Source of the DNA: an uncultured delta proteobacterium
Lineage (GTDB): Bacteria; Desulfobacterota; Syntrophia; Syntrophales; UBA2192
NCBI GenBank assembly: GCA_963705165.1
Contig: CAVPJD010000016.1
Location: 34,373-98,372, forward strand
Direction: 5' to 3'
Length of the DNA: 64,000 nt
Below, one piece after another: positions 1 to 9,254 of the stretch. Positions within the stretch are counted from its first letter, which is position 1; each line of letters opens with the position of its first letter. The notes below the pieces were generated by a model. It searched no databases, was not told the DNA's origin, and saw only the letters and a program-made list of their open reading frames with translations. Made by a program: the position numbers and the translations under genes.

Positions 1-52
1 AACGATCCCGGGCTTTTTTAACACACTCTGCCTCTTCATGGGGGACCAGTCG

Positions 53-754
53 ATGCGCACGGTGGCCATTGTGCCCGCCGCCGGCTCCGGCAACCGGATG
101 GGCCGGGATATCTCCAAGCAATACCTTTCGCTGGGAGGGAGGCCCCTTCTCATTCACACACTGAACGAGCTTGAGGCGTGTCCCCTCGTAGACGCCCTGA
201 TCATCGTGGTGCCGCCCCCGGACGTGGAAGCGGTGCGCACCGGGATGCTGCCTTCGTGGAACCTGAAAAAACTGGCCGGGGTCGTTCCCGGGGGGAAGGA
301 ACGACAGGACTCCGTCCGGGCGGGGATCGAGGCCCTCGATGCGGACACGGAGATCGTGGTCATCCACGATGCCGTCCGGCCGTTCATTACCGCCGGGCTG
401 ATCGAGAGCTGCATACGGGCTGCCGCGGAGGAAGGGGCCTCAACCGTCGGGGTGCCGTTGAAAGACACCGTCAAGGAGGTCGCCGCGGACGGCCGGGTCA
501 TGAGGACCTGCGACAGGAGCCTGTTGTGGCTCACCCAGACCCCGCAGGCCTTCCGTCGGGACATCATCGAGAACGCTCACCGTGCCGCCGTTCGCGACAA
601 TTTCAGAGGGACCGATGACGCCTCGCTGGTAGAGCGCCTGGGAATCTCCGTCCGGATGATCCGGGGCGACTATGGCAACATCAAGATCACGACGCCGGAA
701 GATCTGATTCTGGCGGAAGCCTTGCTGGCCGCTCTGCAGCAGGCTAAAGGCTAA
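53..754 (+). CDS. ispD: 2-C-methyl-D-erythritol 4-phosphate cytidylyltransferase
   Basis: Motifs PAAGSGNRMG, GGKERQDSV, IHDAVRPF, QTPQAF, NIKITTPEDL; upstream of ispF. Start ATG 53 (alternative 38). Confidence 0.96.
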   Translation: MRTVAIVPAAGSGNRMGRDISKQYLSLGGRPLLIHTLNELEACPLVDALIIVVPPPDVEAVRTGMLPSWNLKKLAGVVPGGKERQDSVRAGIEALDADTEIVVIHDAVRPFITAGLIESCIRAAAEEGASTVGVPLKDTVKEVAADGRVMRTCDRSLLWLTQTPQAFRRDIIENAHRAAVRDNFRGTDDASLVERLGISVRMIRGDYGNIKITTPEDLILAEALLAALQQAKG

Positions 755-787
755 AGGCTAAAGGCTAAAGGCTAAAGGCTAAAGGCT
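741..787 (+). repeat. 7-bp tandem repeat (AGGCTAA)x6 plus partial unit; contains the ispD stop codon
   Basis: Read directly: six perfect AGGCTAA units from 741, then AGGCT. Confidence 0.95.
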
Positions 788-833
788 GGAAATGCCCCCT
801 CTACAAAGAACTGATTCGTGAAAGGGTATTGCC

Positions 834-1325
834 ATGAGAATCGGGTTCGGGTATGACAGTCACCGCTTTTCCGAAGGCCGCCGGCTGATCATCGGCGGCG
901 TGGAGGTGAACTACGAGAAGGGGCTGCTGGGGCATTCCGATGCAGACGCCCTGATCCATGCCATCGTGGATGCCATTCTCGGGGCCCTGGGGGAAGGGGA
1001 CATCGGCAGGCACTTCCCCGACACGGACCCGAATCTCAAGGGCATATCCAGCCTCGTCATGCTCAAGCGCGTGGCCGACCTTGCCGTTCAGCGGGGGTAT
1101 TACGTCAACAACATAGACTCGACGGTCATCCTGGAGAAGCCCCGGCTTTCCCCCTCCATCGAGGAGATGCGCCGGAACATCGCAAGGGTTCTCGGGACGG
1201 ACTCCTCCCGCGTCAACGTGAAGGCCAAGACGAACGAAAAGATGGGCTTCATCGGGCGAGGCGAGGGCATCGCGGCCTTTGCCGTCGTGACCCTCGGAAG
1301 GGCAGAAGCGGACAGCGTTGCCTAA
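834..1325 (+). CDS. ispF: 2-C-methyl-D-erythritol 2,4-cyclodiphosphate synthase
   Basis: MRIGFGYDSH, GHSDADALIHA, GDIGRHFPD, VNVKAKTNE motifs. Confidence 0.97.
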   Translation: MRIGFGYDSHRFSEGRRLIIGGVEVNYEKGLLGHSDADALIHAIVDAILGALGEGDIGRHFPDTDPNLKGISSLVMLKRVADLAVQRGYYVNNIDSTVILEKPRLSPSIEEMRRNIARVLGTDSSRVNVKAKTNEKMGFIGRGEGIAAFAVVTLGRAEADSVA

Positions 1326-1334
1326 GAAAAAACA

Positions 1335-1460
1335 CCACCCTGATCTTCCTCTCCCTATGGAAGACCATTTCCATGATCTTCCTCTCCCTTGAGGGGAGAG
1401 GATTGAGGTGAGGGTGACTAATCCCTTTCCTTTTACAGGAGAGGGTCAGGGTGAGGGTGA
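1335..1460. repeat. REP-like palindromic repeat cluster (CCTCTCCC..GGGAGAGG / GGTGAGGGTG type)
   Basis: Direct repeat TGATCTTCCTCTCCCT at 1341 and 1374, hairpin CCTCTCCC-TTGAG-GGGAGAGG, two GGTGAGGGTGA tails. Confidence 0.6.
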
Positions 1461-1462
1461 AT

Positions 1463-1497
1463 AAAAAAACGGGGGAGCCGGAATCGGCTCCCCCGTT
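1463..1497 (-). terminator. Intrinsic terminator of the carboxyltransferase gene
   Basis: AACGGGGGAGCCG-gaat-CGGCTCCCCCGTT hairpin preceded by an A7 run (U-tract on the minus strand). Confidence 0.8.
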
Positions 1498-1525
1498 CTG
1501 CTTCAAGGACTCTCGAGATTTTTTC

Positions 1526-3079
1526 TTACAGCGGGATATTGTTGTGCTTCTTGTCGGGCAGGCTCTGCTCCTTGTCCTTGTAGGCTTCGAGCAGCGCCGC
1601 CACTCGCTTGCGAGTCTCGCGGGGGGCGATGACCTCTTCGATGATGCCCATCTTGGCTGCGAAGTAGGGGTTGTTGAACTGCTCCTCGTAGGCGGCGATC
1701 AGCTCGGCCCGCTTGGCTTCGGGATCCGCGGCCGTGGTGATCTCCCGGCGGTAGACGATGTTGCAGGCGCCGGCGGCGCCCATGACGGCGATTTCGGCAG
1801 ACGGCCAGGCCATGACGTAGTCGGCGCCCAGCTGCTTGCTGCACATGCCGATGTAGGCCCCGCCGTAATCCTTGCGGGTCACGACGGTGAACTTGGGCAC
1901 TGTGGCCTCGGAGTAGGCATGCAGGAGCTTCGCGCCGTGGCTGATGATGCCGTTCCACTCCTGGTGCGTGCCGGGCATGTAGCCGGGAACGTCGGCAAAG
2001 GTCAGCAGCGGGATGTTGAAGGCGTCGCAGAAGCGGATGAAGCGCGAGGCCTTGTCGGAGGCATTCACGTCGAGCACGCCGCCGCCGAACATCGGGTTGT
2101 TGGCGATGACGCCCACGGTCCGGCCCATGACGCGGATGAAGCAGACGAACATGTTCTTCGCCCAGTTTGCGTGGGGCTCGAAGAAAACGCCGCCATCGGC
2201 AATGGAGGCGACAAGCTTCTTCATGTCGTAGCCCCGGGTGGCGCGGTCGGGGATGATCTTGTCGAGATCGGGGCACTCGCGGTCGGCGGTGTCCGTGGTG
2301 GCCACGACCGGCGGCATCTCGTGGCAGTTGTCGGGCAGGTAGCTGAGAAGGTCCTTGATCTGCTGGATGCAGTCCTCGTCGCTCTCCGCGATGAAATGGC
2401 ACACGCCGCTCTTGGATGCGTGGGCCATGGGGCCGCCCAGGTCGTCATGGGTCACTTCCTCGCCGATGACCGCCTTGATGACATCGGGGCCCGTGATGTA
2501 CATGTAGCTCTTTCCCTTGATCATGAAGACCCAGTCGGTGAGCGCGGGCGAATAGACGGCGCCTCCGGCCGTGGGGCCCATGATGGCCGTGATCTGGGGG
2601 ATGTAGCCCGAGCAGATCGTGTTGCGGTAGAAGATCCCGCCGTAGCCTTCCAGGGCGGGCACGCCTTCCTGGATGCGGGCGCCGCCGGAGTCGTTCATTG
2701 CGATGAAGGGCTTGCGGGCGTCCTTGGCCATGTCCATGACCTTCCAGATCTTGCGGGCGTGCATCTCGCCGAGGCTCCCGCCGGCGCTGGTGAAGTCCTG
2801 GGCGGCGGCGAATACGGTGCGCCCGTTCACGCTGCCGAAGCCGCAGACGACGGCGTCGGCGTTGATCTGCTTGTCGCCGAGGCCGAAGAGGGTGGAGCGC
2901 TTCTCGACGAAGAGCTGCACTTCCTGGAATGTTCCCGCGTCGTAGAACTTCAGAAGCCGCTCACGGGCCGTCATCTTGCCCGATTCGTGCTGCTTCTTGA
3001 TAGCGGCATCGCCGCCTTGGGTCATCAGCTTCTCTCGTTTTGCTTCAAATGCCTTGATTCTGTCTTCTGTCAGTCCCAT
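1526..3079 (-). CDS. Acyl-CoA carboxyltransferase subunit (propionyl-CoA carboxylase beta / methylmalonyl-CoA carboxyltransferase family)
   Basis: QDFTSAGGSLGE, NDSGGARIQEG, GPTAGGAVYSPA, RFIRFCDAFNIPL, KKHNNIPL; 517 aa. Confidence 0.92.
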   Translation of the reverse strand: MGLTEDRIKAFEAKREKLMTQGGDAAIKKQHESGKMTARERLLKFYDAGTFQEVQLFVEKRSTLFGLGDKQINADAVVCGFGSVNGRTVFAAAQDFTSAGGSLGEMHARKIWKVMDMAKDARKPFIAMNDSGGARIQEGVPALEGYGGIFYRNTICSGYIPQITAIMGPTAGGAVYSPALTDWVFMIKGKSYMYITGPDVIKAVIGEEVTHDDLGGPMAHASKSGVCHFIAESDEDCIQQIKDLLSYLPDNCHEMPPVVATTDTADRECPDLDKIIPDRATRGYDMKKLVASIADGGVFFEPHANWAKNMFVCFIRVMGRTVGVIANNPMFGGGVLDVNASDKASRFIRFCDAFNIPLLTFADVPGYMPGTHQEWNGIISHGAKLLHAYSEATVPKFTVVTRKDYGGAYIGMCSKQLGADYVMAWPSAEIAVMGAAGACNIVYRREITTAADPEAKRAELIAAYEEQFNNPYFAAKMGIIEEVIAPRETRKRVAALLEAYKDKEQSLPDKKHNNIPL

Positions 3080-3199
3080 GTCTCTGTTACTCCCTGTCTC
3101 TTTAGTGGTCGAAAACTCGACGTTTCCATCTCTCTGTAAACCCGCCGCGTGATATCACTTCTAGGCGTATTTTTCAATACAAAAGAGAGGAAATCCTCC

Positions 3200-3228
3200 T
3201 TGATTTAGGACGACACCTGGGCTATAAA
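3200..3228 (+). promoter_or_regulatory. Putative sigma-70 promoter for pgk
   Basis: TTGATT-17 bp-TATAAA. Confidence 0.45.
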
Positions 3229-3300
3229 ACCCATGCCCGCAGCCTCGACTCCAAGGGGGTGCGAAAACGTTCCCCCAACGAACCCTCCAGAGGTGAAAGA

Positions 3301-4485
3301 ATGAAATATATCGATGAGATGGATCTGAAAGGGAAGCGGGTGCTGTTCCGGTTCGATTTCAACGTCCCCCTCGACGGCAACCAGAACATCACCGACGACA
3401 CTCGAATCCGTTCCGTACTGCCCACCATCAACTACGCCCTCGATGAAAACGCCAAGATCGTCATCGCCTCCCACCTGGGCCGGCCGAAAGGCAAGGTCGT
3501 TGAAACGATGAGCCTGGCCCCCGTGGCCAAGCGTCTCTCGCGCCTGCTCGGCAAGAACGTGACCCTGACGAAAGACGTCATCGGGCCTGAGGTCAAGAAA
3601 ACCGTCGCTGCCATGAAGCCGGGCGACATTGTCATGCTCGAGAACCTGAGGTTCGATGCCAGAGAGGAGAAAAACGACGAGGAATTCTCCAGGGAACTGG
3701 CGAGCCTCGCCGATGTCTACATCGACGACGCCTTCGGCAATGCGCACCGCAGCCACGCTTCGAATGTAGGGATCACAAAGTTCGTCAAGGATTGCGGGGC
3801 CGGGTTCCTCATGAAGAAGGAACTGACCTACTTCAGCAAAGCACTCGAGAAACCGGCGAGACCGCTCGTGGCCATCGTCGGGGGCTCCAAGGTGTCGGGC
3901 AAGCTCGAAGCCATGGCGAACCTGATCAACCGGGTCAACAAGATGATCATCGGCGGCGGCATGGCCTTCACGTTCCTGAAGGCGCAGGGCGTTGAAGTCG
4001 GCAAATCCATCGTCGAGCCGGAACTCATCGAAAAGGCCAGGGAAGTTCTGGAAACGGCTAAAAACCTGGGCGTGAAGATCTACCTGCCCGTCGACTGTGT
4101 CATCGCGGAAAGCAAGGACTCCGAGGCGGAGACAAAGATCGTCCCCATACAGGAAATCAACCCGCAGTGGATGGGGCTCGACATCGGGCCGGCCACGATC
4201 ACCCTCTTCACGGAGGCCCTGAACAACGCGAAGACCATCGTCTGGAACGGCCCCATGGGCGTGTTCGAGATCGACGCCTTCAGCCGCGGGACGTCGGCGC
4301 TGGCCCACAGCGTGGCCAACTCCTACGCACTCTCCATTGTGGGCGGCGGCGATACGGACGTGGCCATCGACAAGGCGGGCGAGCGCGACAACATGTCCTA
4401 CATCTCCACGGGCGGCGGCGCCTTCCTGGAATTGCTGGAGGGGAAGGAACTTCCCGCGGTCAAGGCGCTCAAAGCGTGCAACTGA
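3301..4485 (+). CDS. pgk: Phosphoglycerate kinase
   Basis: [49 protein letters not shown] before ATG 3301. Confidence 0.97.
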   Translation: MKYIDEMDLKGKRVLFRFDFNVPLDGNQNITDDTRIRSVLPTINYALDENAKIVIASHLGRPKGKVVETMSLAPVAKRLSRLLGKNVTLTKDVIGPEVKKTVAAMKPGDIVMLENLRFDAREEKNDEEFSRELASLADVYIDDAFGNAHRSHASNVGITKFVKDCGAGFLMKKELTYFSKALEKPARPLVAIVGGSKVSGKLEAMANLINRVNKMIIGGGMAFTFLKAQGVEVGKSIVEPELIEKAREVLETAKNLGVKIYLPVDCVIAESKDSEAETKIVPIQEINPQWMGLDIGPATITLFTEALNNAKTIVWNGPMGVFEIDAFSRGTSALAHSVANSYALSIVGGGDTDVAIDKAGERDNMSYISTGGGAFLELLEGKELPAVKALKACN

Positions 4486-4505
4486 TCCTCTGACGAGGCG
4501 TTCGC

Positions 4506-4541
4506 AAGGGAGCAGAAGAGCCCCTTCTGCTCCCTTTTTTT
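4506..4541 (+). terminator. Intrinsic terminator after pgk
   Basis: AAGGGAGCAGAAG-agccc-CTTCTGCTCCCTT followed by a T-run. Confidence 0.85.
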
Positions 4542-4604
4542 ATCGATTCCGCTCATTCTTCCATTTTCAGAGAACTGTTTTATTTGGTACATGCCGTGAA
4601 GCAC

Positions 4605-5345
4605 ATGAGGAATATCAAGCTCATCATCGAATACGACGGGGCCGCCTACAACGGCTGGCAGCGGCAGGCCGACGTCCTCACCATCCAGCAGGTGATGGAG
4701 GACGCCCTTTCGCGGATCGTCAACGACAGGGCGGTCCTGATTGCATCGAGCCGGACCGACACGGGGGTCCATGCCCTGAACCAGGTGGCGAATTTCCGCA
4801 CGGCCTCGCAGCTTCCCCTTCGCAATCTCCACCTGGGCGTCAACAGCCTTCTTCCCCCGGATATCGTGGTAAAGGAAATGAGCGAGGTGCCCTGGGAATT
4901 CCACTCGCGCTATCATGCCCGCAGCAAGATCTACCATTACCGGATCTTCAACGGCCCGGTCCGGACGGCGCTGCGCAGGGGCATCTGCTGGTTTGTCCGT
5001 CACCCGCTCGACCTCGAGGCCATGAGACGGGCGGCAGGTTACCTTCTGGGCACCCATGACTTCAATTCCTTCTGTGCGGCCCAGTGCGAGGTGGAGGACC
5101 GGGTGAGGACCGTGATGGACGTTTCCCTGGACCGGGAAGCAGCGGGGATGATCGTCTTCCGGATCGAGGCGGGCGGATTTCTGCGCCATATGGTCCGAAA
5201 CATCATGGGGACCCTCGTGGATGTCGGTAAAGGGAAAATTCCTGAAGAAGACATGGTCCGCATCATCGAGGCACGGGACCGCAGGAAGGCCGGGCAGGCG
5301 GCTCCGGCCCGGGGGCTCTGTCTCATGGAGGTGAAATACGAATGA
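4605..5345 (+). CDS. truA: tRNA pseudouridine(38-40) synthase
   Basis: YDGAAYNGWQRQ, SRTDTGVHA, GTHDFNSF, GFLRHMVR. Confidence 0.95.
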   Translation: MRNIKLIIEYDGAAYNGWQRQADVLTIQQVMEDALSRIVNDRAVLIASSRTDTGVHALNQVANFRTASQLPLRNLHLGVNSLLPPDIVVKEMSEVPWEFHSRYHARSKIYHYRIFNGPVRTALRRGICWFVRHPLDLEAMRRAAGYLLGTHDFNSFCAAQCEVEDRVRTVMDVSLDREAAGMIVFRIEAGGFLRHMVRNIMGTLVDVGKGKIPEEDMVRIIEARDRRKAGQAAPARGLCLMEVKYE

Positions 5346-6196
5346 GAATTCTCGTCATGGGTCACAAGGGCATGCTGGGCAGCGACCTCATGGACGTCCT
5401 GGCCAGGGACCACAAGGTCAGCGGAGTCGATATCGCTGAGTTCGACATCACCTCGGCCCCGGATTGCCTGCGGGTCGTCAGGGAGTTCAACCCCGAGGTG
5501 ATCGTGAATGCCGCAGCCTACACCGACGTCGATGGCTGCGAGACGAATCGAGAGGCCTGCTTGGCCGTCAATGCCGAGGGCGTGCGCAACATCGCTTAGG
5601 CCTGCAAGGATAGCGGCGCGAAGATCGTCCATTACAGCACCGACTACGTCTTCGACGGGACGAAGGGGGAGCCTTACCTCGAGGACGACCCCTGCCGGCC
5701 CATCAACACCTACGGCGCCTCGAAGCGCAAAGGCGAGGAGTTGCTGATCGAGACGGCGGAAAACCACGTGCTCATCCGCACGGCCTGGCTCTATGGCCGC
5801 CAGGGGAAGAATTTCGTCAAGGCCATCCTGGCAAAGGCCAGGGACGAAGGGATGCTGCGGGTCGTCGACGACCAGGTGGGCTCCCCCACCTTCAGCTTCG
5901 ATCTTGCCCAGGCGACAAAACTGCTCGTCGAACGCGACTGCCGGGGCATCTACCACGTCACGAACCGGGGCGTCTGCAGCTGGTTCCAGTTCGCGCAGAG
6001 GATTCTCGAATACGCGCAGGTGTCCGGCGTGACCGTGGAGCCCATAAAGTCCCATGAGCTCAGCCGGAAGGCCGCACGCCCGGCCTACTCGGTCCTGAGC
6101 AACCGCAAATTCATGGAAGCCACACAAAAAACCATGCGGCCCTGGCAGGTGGCCCTGAACGATTACCTCACCGGCCAGAGCCACATCCATCGTTAA
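5342..6196 (+). pseudogene. rfbD: dTDP-4-dehydrorhamnose reductase interrupted by one in-frame TAG (5597-5599)
   Basis: GHKGMLG, NAAAYTDVDGCE, then GVRNIA*ACKDSGAKIVHYSTDYVFDG, YGASK, DDQVGSPT, RPAYSVL, all in one frame (284 codons). Confidence 0.85.
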
Positions 6197-6200
6197 AGAC

Positions 6201-6235
6201 AGGGTCCAGGGTCCAGGGTTCAGGGTATAGGGTGA
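6201..6235 (+). repeat. 7-bp tandem repeat AGGGTNN x5
   Basis: AGGGTCC AGGGTCC AGGGTTC AGGGTAT AGGGTGA, 4 bp after the rfbD stop. Confidence 0.9.
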
Positions 6236-6290
6236 GGAAAAAAATTTTCTTTTGTCGTCGCAACGTCGTCTGTGACCTTGTAAGTGAATT

Positions 6291-8081
6291 ATGGATTTGA
6301 ACCGGAAAATCACCGTACTTCCAGAAGAGGTCGCCTCGAAGATCGCCGCCGGCGAAGTCGTCGAAAGGCCCTCGTCCATCGTGAAGGAGCTCCTGGAAAA
6401 TGCCCTCGATGCGGGCGCCACGGACATCACGATCGAACTGCGCGGTGGCGGCAAGGAGCTGATCCGGATCGCCGACAACGGGGCGGGCATCGCGCCGGGC
6501 GACGTCCCCCTTGCCTTTGAGCGGCATGCAACGAGCAAGATCCTCACCGTCGACGATCTCTACGACGTGAAATCCTTCGGCTTCCGGGGGGAGGCGCTGC
6601 CGAGCATCGCAGCCGTCTGCCGCGTTGAGATGTCCACGCGGCGCCGTGGCGAGGTGGCAGGGACGCGCATCGCCGTGGAGAGCGGCCGCATCCTCGAAAA
6701 CGAGGCCGTGGGCTGCCCCGAGGGGACCTCCATTGCCGTGAGCCGCATCTTCGACTCGCTCCCCGTACGCAAGAACTTCCTGAGACAGGATGCCACGGAG
6801 CAGGGGCACTGCCTGGACATCATCGTCCGGGTCGTGCTGCCCCATGGCGCAGTCAGGGCCAGGGTCCTCACCGGAAGCAAAACCCTCCTGGAGATCCCCC
6901 GAACGGAAAACCTCTACGAGAGGATCGTTTTGCTGCTGGGGAGCGACCTGCGGAATCACCTCGTTTCAGTGGCGGAGACAAGTTCCGGGATGAGCCTTTC
7001 GGGATTTGTATCCAGGCCCGACTTCACCCGCTCCTCGACGAGAAACATGTTCTTTTACATCAACGGCAGGTATGTCCGGGACGTCCTTCTTTCCCAGGCG
7101 GTCATGAGTGCCTACCGCAACCTCCTCGAGGCGCGCAAATACCCCGCCTGCGCCCTGTTCATCGAAGTGCCCGCCGAGACGATCGATGTCAACGTCCACC
7201 CGGCGAAGCTCGAGGTCCGCTTCCGGCGACCTCAAGAGGTCCGGGAGCTTCTCCAGCGAAGCCTTTCGGGGGCCCTCGCGGGGGTGCGGCCGGCGTCACA
7301 TTCAACCCCGGTCATTTCGGCAACGGGGAGGCCGGCAGCCCTGGGGCGCACCGGCGTTTACGAGGCCCTGAGACGCTACAGCCTGTCGGCGGGTATTGCC
7401 GCCCATCAGCCCATGACCAAGGCTGCGAGAGCTCTCGAGGATGTGCCCGATTTCAGCCCCGGTCAGGACGGCCTCTTCCCGTCAACGGCGGGTGGAAGAG
7501 AGCATGTTTCCTTTGCCTCTCTTGACTACCTGGGCCAGATCGAAGGGACCTATCTTGTCTTTTCGGCGCCGGGCGTGATGATCCTACTCGATCAGCACGC
7601 CGCCCACGAACGGATTCTCTACGAGAGATTGAAGCAATCGACGGGCGGGAACCTGGAAGTTCAGAGCCTCCTCATTCCCGAGGTGTTGGAGATGAACCCC
7701 CGGGACTTCAATCTGCTTGTCGCATCGTACGACCTGCTGCGGGAGGCCGGCATCGAGGTTGAGGCCTTCGGAGAGAACACCGCTGTCGTGAAATCCCTGC
7801 CGACCCTGCTCGGCCAGGCGGACGTGAAGGCCCTCGTGCGGGAGATCCTGGACGGCATCGCCGATTCGGGGCTTCCGCGGGACGAAAAACGCAACCGGAT
7901 CCTCATCGGCATGGCCTGCCGGGGGGCGATCAAGGCGAACCAGACGCTTACGGCCGATGAAGTGCGGCACCTTTGTCGCGACCTCGACAGCATCCCCTTC
8001 GCCTCCAATTGCCCTCATGGGAGACCTGTTTTCATCGAGCTTCCTGCCGTCGTGATCGAGAGGATGTTCAAAAGGACATAG
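6291..8081 (+). CDS. mutL: DNA mismatch repair endonuclease MutL
   Basis: IAAGEVVERP, GFRGEAL, DVNVHPAK, endonuclease motifs DQHAAHER and CPHGRP. Confidence 0.97.
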   Translation: MDLNRKITVLPEEVASKIAAGEVVERPSSIVKELLENALDAGATDITIELRGGGKELIRIADNGAGIAPGDVPLAFERHATSKILTVDDLYDVKSFGFRGEALPSIAAVCRVEMSTRRRGEVAGTRIAVESGRILENEAVGCPEGTSIAVSRIFDSLPVRKNFLRQDATEQGHCLDIIVRVVLPHGAVRARVLTGSKTLLEIPRTENLYERIVLLLGSDLRNHLVSVAETSSGMSLSGFVSRPDFTRSSTRNMFFYINGRYVRDVLLSQAVMSAYRNLLEARKYPACALFIEVPAETIDVNVHPAKLEVRFRRPQEVRELLQRSLSGALAGVRPASHSTPVISATGRPAALGRTGVYEALRRYSLSAGIAAHQPMTKAARALEDVPDFSPGQDGLFPSTAGGREHVSFASLDYLGQIEGTYLVFSAPGVMILLDQHAAHERILYERLKQSTGGNLEVQSLLIPEVLEMNPRDFNLLVASYDLLREAGIEVEAFGENTAVVKSLPTLLGQADVKALVREILDGIADSGLPRDEKRNRILIGMACRGAIKANQTLTADEVRHLCRDLDSIPFASNCPHGRPVFIELPAVVIERMFKRT

Positions 8082-8100
8082 GCCGCTTCGCGGCCGGCTT

Positions 8101-8135
8101 AGGGCAAAAGGCGAAGGGCTCAAGGCAGAAGGAAA
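8101..8135 (+). repeat. Degenerate 7-bp tandem array (ARGGCNN)
   Basis: AGGGCAA AAGGCGA AGGGCTC AAGGCAG AAGGAAA downstream of mutL. Confidence 0.6.
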
Positions 8136-8136
8136 G

Positions 8137-8160
8137 GGACAGGCGAGACGCCTGTCCTAC
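8137..8160 (-). repeat. GTAG-family REP-like palindrome
   Basis: Minus strand reads GTAGGACAGGCG-TCT-CGCCTGTCC: GTAG tetranucleotide abutting a perfect hairpin. Confidence 0.65.
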
Positions 8161-8170
8161 CGCGGTACAG

Positions 8171-9095
8171 ATGGAAGAGAAACCTAAGAATTGTCATCAT
8201 TCTGGGGCCGACGGCCGTCGGGAAGACGGACCTTGCCCTGGATCTGGCCTCGGCATTTGATGGAGAAATCATCAGCGCCGATTCCATGCAGGTCTATCGC
8301 CACCTCGACATCGGCACCTCGAAGCCCACGCGGGAAGAGCGGGAGCGGGTACCCCATCATCTCATCGACATCGTCGATCCCGACGGAGAGTTCAGCGCGG
8401 CCCTCTTCAGCAGGCAGGCGGGGGGCATCATCGGCGATCTTCACGGTCGAAAAACCGTCATCGTCGCGGGCGGCACGGGGCTCTACATCCGGGCCCTCAC
8501 AGGCGGGATCATCGAGGGGCCGGGCCCCGACGAGGGTCTGAGGAAGATCTTCAGGGAAAGGCTTGAAAGCGAAGACAGGGAGACCCTGTACGCCCGCTTG
8601 GAAGCGAGAGATCCGGAGGCAGCCGGGCGGATTCACCCCCGCGACGGGGTGCGGATCATCCGGGCCCTGGAGATTGCCGAACTGGCCGGAGAGCCCATCT
8701 CCGAGAAGCAGAGGCGCCACGGGTTCCGTGAGGCGAGATACGAGTGCCTCAAGGTCGGGCTCTACCGGGACCGGGGGGAGCTTTACCACCGGATCGACAG
8801 CCGTGCCTCACAGATGATTGAGGCCGGTCTTGTCAAGGAGACCGAGAAAATAATCTGCATGGGATACAACGAAAATGTTAAGCCGTTGCAGTCACTTGGG
8901 TATAAATATATCATCCGTTACATCAGGAATGAATTGACGCTCGAAGAAGCCCTGAAACTCATGCAGCGAGATACCCGTCATTACGCCCGCCGGCAGATGA
9001 CCTGGTTTCGGGGAGAGGGCGACATCGAGTGGTTTCACCCCGACGAAACGGGACCGATCCGGTTGCGGATCGACAGGTTCCTGCAGGGCCGGTGA
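8171..9095 (+). CDS. miaA: tRNA dimethylallyltransferase; apparent +1 frameshift near 8186
   Basis: IVIILGPTAVGKT (from 8190), ISADSMQVY, DIGTSKP, GGTGLY, RRQMTWF; ATG 8171 (MEEKP) is one base out of frame; follows mutL as usual. Confidence 0.9.
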
Positions 9096-9254
9096 AGAGG
9101 GCTGCCACCGCCGCCCGAGAGCCTTGATTCCTTGAAAAATCCTTGACTTAAGCCCTCCGACCGGATAAAAAAACCGATCATTACCGTGCTGCGTGCCAGG
9201 CGCGGAAAACCGGGCACTTCTGAAACAACTCGAGAAAAATAAATGGGGGAGACG

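Noticed and set aside
741..787. Tandem arrays as CRISPR repeats
   Set aside because: Units are 7 bp with no spacers, and no cas genes are present.
1451..3139. Long antisense or alternate-frame ORFs (e.g. 1451-3139, 5039-6547, 8892-11318, 32276-34663, 63209-63934)
   Set aside because: Shadows of well-supported genes on the opposite strand, expected with high GC3; no recognisable motifs.
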